NCBI RefSeq assembly: GCF_003010495.1
Contig: NZ_CP027570.1
Location: forward strand, 630,001-662,000
Direction of reading: 5' to 3'
From: Megasphaera elsdenii DSM 20460
GTDB lineage: Bacteria > Bacillota > Negativicutes > Veillonellales > Megasphaeraceae
Length of the DNA: 32,000 nt
Under the pieces are notes generated by a model. It had not been told where the DNA came from. It worked only from the letters and a program-made list of their open reading frames with translations, and searched no databases. A program made the position numbers and the translations under genes. Shown piece after piece: positions 16,475 to 23,625 of this stretch. Within the stretch, counting starts at the first letter, position 1. Every line of letters starts with the position of its first letter.

Positions 16475-16888
16475 ATGGTAGAAATCGTTTATTGGAGTGG
16501 TACAGGTAATACAGAAGCAATGGCTAATGAAATCGAAGCCGCCGTCAAAGCGGCCGGTGCTGATGTAGAATCAGTCCGCTTTGAAGATACTAACGTCGAT
16601 GACGTAGCCAGCAAAGACGTCATCTTGCTCGGCTGCCCGGCTATGGGTTCGGAAGAATTGGAAGACTCCGTCGTCGAACCGTTCTTTACCGACCTGGCTC
16701 CGAAATTAAAGGGCAAAAAAGTCGGCCTCTTCGGCTCATACGGCTGGGGCTCCGGCGAATGGATGGATGCCTGGAAGCAGCGCACGGAAGATACCGGCGC
16801 CACGGTCATCGGTACGGCTATCGTCAACGAAATGCCGGATAACGCCCCGGAATGCAAAGAATTGGGCGAAGCCGCTGCGAAAGCATAA
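16475..16888 (+). CDS. short-chain flavodoxin
   Basis: 137 aa, MVEIVYWSGTGNTEAMANEIE...NAPECKELGEAAAKA. This matches my memory of the Megasphaera elsdenii flavodoxin protein sequence. The RBS is AAGGAGGA. Confidence 0.95.
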   Translation: MVEIVYWSGTGNTEAMANEIEAAVKAAGADVESVRFEDTNVDDVASKDVILLGCPAMGSEELEDSVVEPFFTDLAPKLKGKKVGLFGSYGWGSGEWMDAWKQRTEDTGATVIGTAIVNEMPDNAPECKELGEAAAKA

Positions 16889-16926
16889 AAATCAGAAAAC
16901 AACTTCACATTCATTCTCCTCTTAAT

Positions 16927-16959
16927 AAAAGGGCTTGTCGCACGACGACAAGCCCTTTT
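16927..16959 (+). terminator. rho-independent terminator
   Basis: AAAA, then GGGCTTGTCG (16931..16940), CACGA, CGACAAGCCC (16946..16955), then TTTT. Confidence 0.8.
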
Positions 16960-16960
16960 A

Positions 16961-16990
16961 CGTGGTTAGTAGCTAGTGGCTAGCTGCTGA
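16961..16990. repeat. 7-nt-periodic TAG/CTAG tract
   Basis: In CGTGGTTAGTAGCTAGTGGCTAGCTGCTGA, TAG occurs at 16967, 16974 and 16981, with an extra one at 16970. Confidence 0.45.
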
Positions 16991-17170
16991 CGGCTTAAAA
17001 GGGCTCGTATTTCGACGATGAACGACCTGCGTTTACTTTCTATCAAGTATATATGCTATATAGGCACGATTAAGCATAACTCTCATCCTTCTCATTTGCC
17101 TAGGGTATGTTAAAATAGGAACGTACTATTTCATCCTTATTTTTTTTCTAATCCTAAAGGAGGATTTTGT

Positions 17171-19342
17171 ATGAAAGACCAAGTCTTTTCGATTTTGCAG
17201 GCTGTCGGCCGCAGTTTCATGCTGCCCGTCGCCATTCTGCCGATTGCCGGCTTACTCCTCGGCATCGGGGCTTCCTTCACCAATGCGACGACCATCCAGA
17301 CCTATGGACTGGAAAGCATCCTCGGAAGCGGCACGATGCTCCATTCACTGCTCACCATCATGAGCGATGCCGGCAATATCATCTTCGGCAACTTACCGAT
17401 TATCTTCGCCGTCGGCGTCGCTATCGGCATGGCCAAGCAGGAAAAAGAAGTCGCTGCCTTATCGGCCATGATTGCCTTTTTCGTCATGCACGCCTCGACC
17501 AACGCCGTCCTCAAATTGACAGGCAAAGTATTGGCCAACAATACCGTAGCTCCCGATGTCCTGGAAGGTACGATTGCCAACGTCTGCGGCATCATGTCCC
17601 TTCAGGAAGGCGTCTTCGGCGGTATCATCGTCGGCATCGGCGTCGCCTACCTGCACAACCGCTATCATAAAATCGTCTTGCCCAACGCCCTGTCTTTCTT
17701 CGGCGGGTCGCGTTTCATCCCCATCATTTCCACCGTCGTCTACATGTTCGTCGGCATCGCCATGTACTTCGTCTGGCCAGTCGTCCAGAATGGTATCTTC
17801 GCCCTCGGCGGCCTGGTCACGGGGACGGGCTATATCGGCACGTTGATTTTCGGTATCATCAAGCGGGCCCTCATCCCCTTCGGCCTGCATCACGTCTTCT
17901 ACCTGCCATTCTGGCAGACCGGCGTCGGCGGCTCGATGATGATCGACGGCAACCTCGTCCAGGGCGGCCAGAACATCTTCTTCGCCCAGCTTGCATCGCC
18001 TAACGTCACCCACTTCAGTGCCGATGCCACCCGGTATTTCTCGGGTGAATTTATCTTCATGATCTTCGGCCTGCCCGGCGCTGCCCTGGCCATGTACCGC
18101 ACGGCTAAACCGGAAAAACGGAAAGTCGCCGGTGGCCTGCTCTTGTCGGCAGCCCTGACTTCCATGTTCACAGGAATCACGGAACCGATTGAATTTTCCT
18201 TCCTCTTCGTCGCTCCGATGCTTTTCTACGTCCAGGTCATCCTGGCCGGTGCGGCTTACATGATTGCCCACATGCTGAACATCGCCGTCGGCCTGACCTT
18301 CTCTGGCGGCCTCCTGGACTTGTTCATCTTCGGCATCCTGCAAGGGGAAGCCAAGACCAACTGGATGTACATCATCCCGGTCGGCATCATCTATTTCTTC
18401 CTCTACTACTTCATCTTCACCTTCCTCATCAAGAAGTTCGACCTCAAGACACCGGGCCGTGAAGACGATGACGTAGAAACGAAACTCTACACCAAAGCCG
18501 ACGTCAAAGCCCGCGATGCCGCTGCCAAAGCCGGCGACGGCGAAGCTACTACCGACGTCGTCAGCCAGGCCATCACCCGCGCCCTCGGCGGTACCCGGAA
18601 CATCACCTCCGTCGACTGCTGTGCTACGCGCCTGCGCTGCTCCGTAGCCGATTCGGCCTTAGTCAACGATGCCGCCTTGAAAGCGACCGGTGCTGTCGGC
18701 GTCATCAAGAAAGGCCAGGGTGTCCAGGTCGTCTATGGCCCGCAAGTCGCCGTCATCAAAGCCAACCTGGAAAGCTATCTGGCAACCAACCCGGCAGACG
18801 GCCCCATCGAAGCCGCACCGGCTGCAGAACCGTCTCCAGCAGCTGAAACCCTGAACGCTTCGGAAACGCCAGCTGAACCGGAAACAGCCGCAGAAAAACA
18901 CTACTTCAATTCTCCCTTCACGGGCAGCCTCCATCCCATTACGGAAGCCCCGGACGAAGCTTTTGCCAGCAAGATGACCGGCGACGGCTTCTTCGTCACC
19001 CCGACCGACGGCACGGTCTATGCACCGGAAGACGGGACGGTCACCTTCGTCTTCGACACAAAACATGCCATGGGCATGACCACAGCCGACGGCGTAGAAT
19101 ACCTCCTGCACATCGGCATCGATACGGTCAAGCTCGAAGGCAAGGGCTTCAAAGTCTTTGTCGAAAACGGCCAGGACGTCAAGAAAGGCGATAAACTGAT
19201 GGAATTCGACGACGAATACATCAAAGCCAACGCCCCGTCCGACGCCTGCCTGTGCATCTTCACCGACCTCGAAGAAGGCAAAGAAGTACACCTGGCAGCC
19301 GAAGGCAACGTAAAAGCCGGCGACCAGGCCGTCTGGTTCTAA
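17171..19342 (+). CDS. PTS glucose-family transporter, fused EIIC-EIIB-EIIA
   Basis: 723 aa. An EIIC membrane domain (GRSFMLPVAILPIAG..., GITEPIEF) is followed by EIIB (CCATRLRC), an Ala/Pro/Glu linker, and an EIIA-Glc domain (HAMGMTT..., LLHIGIDTVKLEG). The sugar specificity (Glc or GlcNAc) is not resolved. Confidence 0.88.
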   Translation: MKDQVFSILQAVGRSFMLPVAILPIAGLLLGIGASFTNATTIQTYGLESILGSGTMLHSLLTIMSDAGNIIFGNLPIIFAVGVAIGMAKQEKEVAALSAMIAFFVMHASTNAVLKLTGKVLANNTVAPDVLEGTIANVCGIMSLQEGVFGGIIVGIGVAYLHNRYHKIVLPNALSFFGGSRFIPIISTVVYMFVGIAMYFVWPVVQNGIFALGGLVTGTGYIGTLIFGIIKRALIPFGLHHVFYLPFWQTGVGGSMMIDGNLVQGGQNIFFAQLASPNVTHFSADATRYFSGEFIFMIFGLPGAALAMYRTAKPEKRKVAGGLLLSAALTSMFTGITEPIEFSFLFVAPMLFYVQVILAGAAYMIAHMLNIAVGLTFSGGLLDLFIFGILQGEAKTNWMYIIPVGIIYFFLYYFIFTFLIKKFDLKTPGREDDDVETKLYTKADVKARDAAAKAGDGEATTDVVSQAITRALGGTRNITSVDCCATRLRCSVADSALVNDAALKATGAVGVIKKGQGVQVVYGPQVAVIKANLESYLATNPADGPIEAAPAAEPSPAAETLNASETPAEPETAAEKHYFNSPFTGSLHPITEAPDEAFASKMTGDGFFVTPTDGTVYAPEDGTVTFVFDTKHAMGMTTADGVEYLLHIGIDTVKLEGKGFKVFVENGQDVKKGDKLMEFDDEYIKANAPSDACLCIFTDLEEGKEVHLAAEGNVKAGDQAVWF

Positions 19343-19368
19343 TGGTAAAACCGCAGACCGCAGGTAAG

Positions 19369-19455
19369 CCTCTCCTGATAGGAGAGGTGCCCCGCAGGGC
19401 CGAAGAGGTTGAACCCCTCAGTCACCTTTGCTGACAGCTCTCCTGATAGGAGAGC
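19369..19455. repeat. two copies of the hairpin module CTCTCCTGATAGGAGAG
   Basis: CCTCTCCTGATAGGAGAGG (19369..19387) and GCTCTCCTGATAGGAGAGC (19437..19455). Each has an 8-bp stem and a 3-nt loop. Confidence 0.6.
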
Positions 19456-19483
19456 CAACGGGCCGTGAGCCACGAACCCTTAC

Positions 19484-19520
19484 AAAAAAAGCGCTGTCGC
19501 GATGCGACAGCGCTTTTTTT
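19484..19520. terminator. bidirectional terminator shared by the PTS gene and 4hbD
   Basis: A7, then GCGCTGTCGC (19491..19500), GAT, GCGACAGCGC (19504..19513), then T7. Confidence 0.8.
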
Positions 19521-19615
19521 AGCAGGCAGCAGCTAGCGGCTAATGGCTCTCCGGGATTCCCGCATGGCCCGGGACGGGCCGCCCACGTGCGGCCCCTACG
19601 ACGAGCCACGAGCCA

Positions 19616-20728
19616 CTAATACAACTTCTTATAAATGCCGTACACCTTATCGTAATCGAGGGGCACAAAACTGTGCTTCATGAGACGCTGCTGATTTTCG
19701 ATGACCGACTTAGCAAATTCCGGCAATTCTTCTTCTTTGACGCCGTATTCATGGAGCGCTTTTTTGGGCAGGATGACGTTGAGCAGTTTTTCCAGTTCTG
19801 CATAGACATTTTCCGGTTCGCAGCCCAGGATATCGGCAATGAAGCGATTCAACTTAGCGATTTCCCCATCTGATTTGATGGACATGTAGCAGTTCATGAC
19901 GCCTGTGAACATGGCGTAGTTCGATTCCCCATGAGGAACATGATATTTCGCCCCTAAGGGATAGCTCATGGCGTGAACCGCAGCGCAACCCGGGACGCTG
20001 AAGGCGATGCCGGCCCAGTTGCTGGCCAGGAGAAAATCTTTCATGAGCGGAATACGGGCTTCCGGACCGTGGTCGCGGATCTGCAAGTACCCTTTGAGGA
20101 TGAGTTCGATGGCGTTATAACTGAAGACGCGGAAGCTGGCGCTGGAATCCGGAGACAAGGCCGATTCGACAGCGTGAACCAGGGCGTCGATGGAGCTGGT
20201 CGCAAAGACCTTGAACGGCAGGGTCTTCAAGAGCTGCGAAATGAGGACAGCCTTGTCGGCATACAGGGCGTTGTCGGCAAGGCCCTTCTTCGTATTGCGG
20301 CTGACCAGGGCCATGACCGATACATTGGTGACTTCGCTGCCCGTCCCGCATGTCGTCGGGATGAGGATGAGTTCCTTTTCTTTTTCCACAGGAATCTTGC
20401 CATCGAATAAATCGAGGACCGGGCTGACCTGCTTCAAGACGAACAACTTGCACAAGTCCATGACCGTGCCGCCGCCGATACCGATGATGCGCTTCACATC
20501 TTTCGGCATATCTTTATAAATGGCTTCGGCCATTTCATCAGACGGTTCACCCATACCATACTTTTCCTGGAACAAGACGTGGCACGTAAGGCCTAAGTCC
20601 TTAAAATTCGGGTCGAAGATGTACTGATTGGTAATAATCAAATCATCCGCCCCAACCTGCAAATCTTCCACAAACTCCCGGCATGTATCATAAGAGTAAA
20701 TCGTCGGTTTCAACTGTAATTCAATCAT
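19616..20728 (-). CDS. 4hbD: NAD-dependent 4-hydroxybutyrate dehydrogenase (iron-containing alcohol dehydrogenase family)
   Basis: 370 aa. LFQEKYGMGEPSDEM, GIGGGTVMD, PTTCGTGSEVTN, YHVPHGE and the C-terminal YKKLY closely parallel my memory of Clostridium kluyveri 4HbD. Confidence 0.8.
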   Translation of the reverse strand: MIELQLKPTIYSYDTCREFVEDLQVGADDLIITNQYIFDPNFKDLGLTCHVLFQEKYGMGEPSDEMAEAIYKDMPKDVKRIIGIGGGTVMDLCKLFVLKQVSPVLDLFDGKIPVEKEKELILIPTTCGTGSEVTNVSVMALVSRNTKKGLADNALYADKAVLISQLLKTLPFKVFATSSIDALVHAVESALSPDSSASFRVFSYNAIELILKGYLQIRDHGPEARIPLMKDFLLASNWAGIAFSVPGCAAVHAMSYPLGAKYHVPHGESNYAMFTGVMNCYMSIKSDGEIAKLNRFIADILGCEPENVYAELEKLLNVILPKKALHEYGVKEEELPEFAKSVIENQQRLMKHSFVPLDYDKVYGIYKKLY

Positions 20729-20793
20729 GTAGATACCCCTTTCTGTTGGTTAATGGATTCATCGCCTCTAGTGTAACAAAGACCGAAACATTT

Positions 20794-20823
20794 TTGCAAG
20801 AGCCCGGTTGACCGTGATATAAT
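20794..20823 (+). promoter_or_regulatory. candidate promoter of tRNA-Sec
   Basis: TTGCAA (20794..20799), an 18-nt spacer, then TATAAT (20818..20823), about 12 nt before the mature tRNA 5' end. The palindromic TTGCAA could also act as a -35 for the divergent 4hbD. Confidence 0.4.
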
Positions 20824-20834
20824 AAACCTGTCCT

Positions 20835-20931
20835 GGGGGAGGATGGGTTCTGGTGTTCCCTCTGGTCTTCAAAACCAGCATGAGGGGTTAAGAGCTTCTC
20901 AGGTGGGTTCGATTCCCACACTTCCCCGCCA
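20835..20931 (+). tRNA. selC: tRNA-Sec (anticodon UCA)
   Basis: The anticodon stem CTGGT/ACCAG encloses the loop CT-TCA-AA. The D-arm has a 6-nt/4-nt/6-nt layout (GGGTTC TGGT GTTCCC). A long extra arm (TGAGGGG/CTTCTCA, 7 bp) is present, as is the T-arm GTGGG-TTCGATT-CCCAC. The acceptor GGGGGAG pairs with CTTCCCC, followed by discriminator G and an encoded CCA. The 5' end is accurate to within 1 nt. Confidence 0.8.
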
Positions 20932-20967
20932 AAAAAAGGCGCTGTCACACGAAGACAGCGCCTTTTT
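20931..20967 (+). terminator. rho-independent terminator after tRNA-Sec
   Basis: A7, then GGCGCTGTC (20938..20946), ACACGAA, GACAGCGCC (20954..20962), then T5. Confidence 0.8.
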
Positions 20968-21042
20968 GAGTTTTAAGTTTGAAGTTGAAAGTTTGATGTG
21001 GATGGGAAAAAATTTAAAAGCCATTGTCTCAAACATCATACA

Positions 21043-21234
21043 TCAAACATTCTTACTTGATTTTTCATCCGTCTTGTCTGCTATCTCCTTCGTTTCATCG
21101 GTATTGACAGCTTCCTTGAATTCACGGAGACTCTTGCCCAAAGCCCGGCCGATCGTCGGCAGTTTCCCCGGTCCAAACACAATTAGGGCAATAATTAAAA
21201 TGAGCAGTAATTCCGGTGCACCTAAGCCAAACAT
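21043..21234 (-). CDS. tatA: twin-arginine translocase subunit TatA/E
   Basis: [42 protein letters not shown] is a canonical TatA. I prefer the second ATG (21234), which is 7 nt after GGGGGA. Confidence 0.85.
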   Translation of the reverse strand: MFGLGAPELLLILIIALIVFGPGKLPTIGRALGKSLREFKEAVNTDETKEIADKTDEKSSKNV

Positions 21235-21276
21235 CGTCATTCCCCCTATAATACCATTACTTCCTTACATGACTTC

Positions 21277-21305
21277 ATGATACCCTTATCCAGGCAGGCT
21301 GTCAA
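21277..21305 (-). promoter_or_regulatory. candidate sigma-70 promoter of tatA
   Basis: Minus strand reads TTGACA (21305..21300), a 17-nt spacer, then TATCAT (21282..21277). Confidence 0.45.
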
Positions 21306-21396
21306 TGAAGGCGCGCGGGTAGGAAAATTATGTCGCCAAAATATAATATATCTATCGTCCGTCCATAAAAAACGAAATTGTATACAGGAAATATAT

Positions 21397-21447
21397 AAAA
21401 GATAAGCTGTCTTACAAAGGGTATCTTCATAAGACAGCTTATCTTTT
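21397..21447. terminator. long perfect hairpin terminator at the end of the low-GC minus-strand operon
   Basis: AAAAGATAAGCTGTCTTA (21397..21414) pairs with TAAGACAGCTTATCTTTT (21430..21447). It begins 2 nt after the TAA of the UGA-containing ORF, and both sides are A/T-rich. Confidence 0.65.
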
Positions 21448-21448
21448 G

Positions 21449-21787
21449 TTATTCAAAACCTTTTTCACGCGTTATGGCCATTCCCTGAGCTCCTTCTATT
21501 GTCAGCCATTGATGGAATAAAAATCGCTTCACATGGATAACAATAGATTGATATCCTTGTTGAATCTGTAATTTAGGATGATACCAAATAATAATATCAT
21601 CAACTAGCTCAAAAGGATATTCCATTTGTTGACCCGGCTTACCTAAGCCGATTTCTGGAACGTAACTGCCCCAGATTAAATCACCTTTTCAACAACTCCC
21701 TCCAGATGGTTCAAAGGCCAAGGTAACGATGACATTTCCACCATGAGACTGAATATATTGTTTTGCTTGTTCCGTGATAGTAAACAT
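21449..21787 (-). CDS. candidate selenoprotein, 112 codons with in-frame UGA at codon 33 (C-U motif); possibly a 'CC/Se motif family (seleno)protein'
   Basis: ATG 21787..21785 lies 7 nt after GAGGG and 15 nt after the GldA-like stop. Translation gives MFTITEQAKQYIQSHGGNVIVTLAFEPSGGSC, then TGA (21691..21689), then KGDLIWGSYVPEIGLGKPGQQMEYPFELVDDIIIWYHPKLQIQQGYQSIVIHVKRFLFHQWLTIEGAQGMAITREKGFE, then TAA (21451..21449). That is 79 stop-free codons after the TGA in roughly 40% GC DNA, followed by a hairpin. tRNA-Sec is about 0.75 kb away. Both halves are under 60 aa from an ATG, so the ORF track misses it. Confidence 0.55.
21654..21675 (-). other. candidate bacterial SECIS hairpin
   Basis: On the mRNA, UCUGGGGC-AGUUAC-GUUCCAGA forms an 8-bp stem (two G-U pairs) with a 6-nt loop containing GU. 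It starts 13 nt after the UGA, so the apical loop begins about 21 nt downstream. Confidence 0.35.
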
Positions 21788-21802
21788 CTTGTTTCCCTCA
21801 CT

Positions 21803-22888
21803 TTATTTTCCTAATGCATCAGCCTTCATAATGGCATCATACACTTCATCTGCTGTAATGTCAGCACGCACATTTTTTGTAAACTGAGTTGGTACAGTAG
21901 CTGCTTCCGCAACCAGACGGATTTCTTCTTCTTTTACATCCTTAATCCCTAAATCAGCTAAGCATGAAGGAAGTCCTACCGATTTTATATAGTGTAATAC
22001 TGTGTCCCACTCATCTTTTGGTGCTTTTTCTAAAATAAGCTGCGCGAGTAATCCAAAAGCAACTTTTTCACCATGGGAAGCTCCGTGGGCCTGTGGGACA
22101 TGGGCAAAACCATCATTGATAGCATGAGCTGCCGCAAGGCCTCCCGACTCAAACCCGACACCACTAAGATAGACGCAGGCTTCAATGACCCGTTCCAAAG
22201 CAGAATTTACCTCCTGTTTTTCAACGGCATTGAGCGCTTCCAGTGAATCATTTAATAAAGTTTTATAACATAATGCAGCCAAGGCTAATGCCGTTGCTGA
22301 ACAAGCTCCACGAGCCATGGTTTTAGCCCCACTACGTTGGCAAGCACGTGCTTCAAAATAGGTAGATAAGGCATCCCCCATACCAGAGACCAAATATTTT
22401 TTAGGCGCTTGAGCGATAATCCCAGTATCGACTAAAACGAGATCCGGATTATGTTTCATCATTAAAGCCTTGATAACGACGCCCTGTTCATTGTAAATAA
22501 CAGCTACACTGCTGCACGGTGCATCATTAGAAGCAATAGTAGGGATAATAATCGTCGGCAAATCACCTAAATTAGTAGCCACGGCTTTAGCCGTATCCAG
22601 AGCTTTACCTCCACCTACGCCAATGATAGCATCACAGCCGTGCTGATAAGCTATATCTTGTGCATCAGCGATTGCCTTTTTAGAACATTCACCTTGAAAT
22701 TCAGCATAAAATACGGATTTATTCGCACTATTCAGAGCCTTGTCAATGCGTTCACCAATTCTTCGCTTATTATTAGGTGACAGCAAGACTAAAAAGCTAT
22801 TGCCCATTTTCTTAACATACTTCCCTAATTTATCCAACTCTCCATTGCCTTGCACATAATATCCCGGGGCTTTAATTCCAATCGTCAT
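21803..22888 (-). CDS. glycerol dehydrogenase-family (GldA-like) iron/zinc alcohol dehydrogenase
   Basis: 361 aa with GVGGGKALDTAK, PTIASNDAP, GMGDALSTYFEA, AAHAINDGF and HGEKVAFG. The physiological substrate is not deducible. Confidence 0.82.
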   Translation of the reverse strand: MTIGIKAPGYYVQGNGELDKLGKYVKKMGNSFLVLLSPNNKRRIGERIDKALNSANKSVFYAEFQGECSKKAIADAQDIAYQHGCDAIIGVGGGKALDTAKAVATNLGDLPTIIIPTIASNDAPCSSVAVIYNEQGVVIKALMMKHNPDLVLVDTGIIAQAPKKYLVSGMGDALSTYFEARACQRSGAKTMARGACSATALALAALCYKTLLNDSLEALNAVEKQEVNSALERVIEACVYLSGVGFESGGLAAAHAINDGFAHVPQAHGASHGEKVAFGLLAQLILEKAPKDEWDTVLHYIKSVGLPSCLADLGIKDVKEEEIRLVAEAATVPTQFTKNVRADITADEVYDAIMKADALGK

Positions 22889-22907
22889 GACTCAATACCA
22901 CCTTTCT

Positions 22908-22958
22908 AAAAAAACCTCTCCCAGCCGGGGTACTAGGCTACCCTTACCAAGAGAGGTT
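22908..22958 (-). terminator. hairpin plus U-run between the orphan ORF and the GldA-like gene (internal terminator/attenuator)
   Basis: Minus strand has AACCTCTC (22958..22951) pairing with GAGAGGTT (22920..22913). An inner stem (TACCC/GGGTA) and internal loops lie between, then TTTTTTT. The RBS (AAAGGTGG) of the GldA-like gene follows within about 5 nt, and its ATG is about 20 nt after the U-run. Confidence 0.5.
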
Positions 22959-22976
22959 CCACACAATTAGTAATAC

Positions 22977-23591
22977 CTATGAACAGAAATCAGGCATTTC
23001 TTGAAGACGGCAAACCAATGTGTATACATCTTCTCCGACCCGATAAACGAGTAAATCACGATTTTCGTCGGTACAGGGAATATTCGATTCCTCCCCACCA
23101 TTCAGGTTATCATGACAAATACTGTTCAGGTCTTCAAAAATTTCCATGACGCCCTCTTCTCCTTTGCGGACAATCCGTAAAAGATCATTAAAGTAGAGTT
23201 TATCTTCATCATCATATTTAAAAATAGTACACCAACGGCTTAACAACTCTTCTTCATTCATACCCGTTTTTTGAGAAATCAAAGTCTTTTGAGAAGCTAA
23301 TAAAAGCAGCATGCATGATAAATAAGATTTTACGACCAGTGGGATATGATCCTTAACCTTAGCAAAATACCGGCGATGCGACCAATAGCCATCAAAAGTC
23401 AAATCATTCTTTTCCAAAAACTCTTTGATTCCATCATTGGCCGATACCCCGCAAATCATGAAAAAACGCTTCATTGATTCATTCGTCGACTTGCTTTTCG
23501 CATTCATCAAGCATTTTTTTACGAAGAATTCGCAGACCTCTGTCGTATTCGATTTTGTCAGTTTGCGCAATAAATCACCATAATACTGCAT
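22977..23591 (-). CDS. hypothetical protein, 204 aa (no family recognised)
   Basis: A clean ORF with the RBS CCGGAGG 7 nt upstream, on the same strand as and tightly packed within the abfD operon. The sequence MQYYGDLLRKLTKSNTTEVCEFF...LQEMPDFCS has no motif I recognise. Confidence 0.55.
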   Translation of the reverse strand: MQYYGDLLRKLTKSNTTEVCEFFVKKCLMNAKSKSTNESMKRFFMICGVSANDGIKEFLEKNDLTFDGYWSHRRYFAKVKDHIPLVVKSYLSCMLLLLASQKTLISQKTGMNEEELLSRWCTIFKYDDEDKLYFNDLLRIVRKGEEGVMEIFEDLNSICHDNLNGGEESNIPCTDENRDLLVYRVGEDVYTLVCRLQEMPDFCS

Positions 23592-23625
23592 AGCTCAACC
23601 TCCGGTTGTCAAGAGTCTTCTCTGT

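Noticed and set aside
16961-17170. RAT/terminator antitermination element (GlcT/LicT type) upstream of the PTS EIICBA gene.
   Set aside because: I could not find a RAT-like imperfect palindrome overlapping a terminator. Only weak A/T stems are present, and no BglG-family antiterminator gene is nearby.
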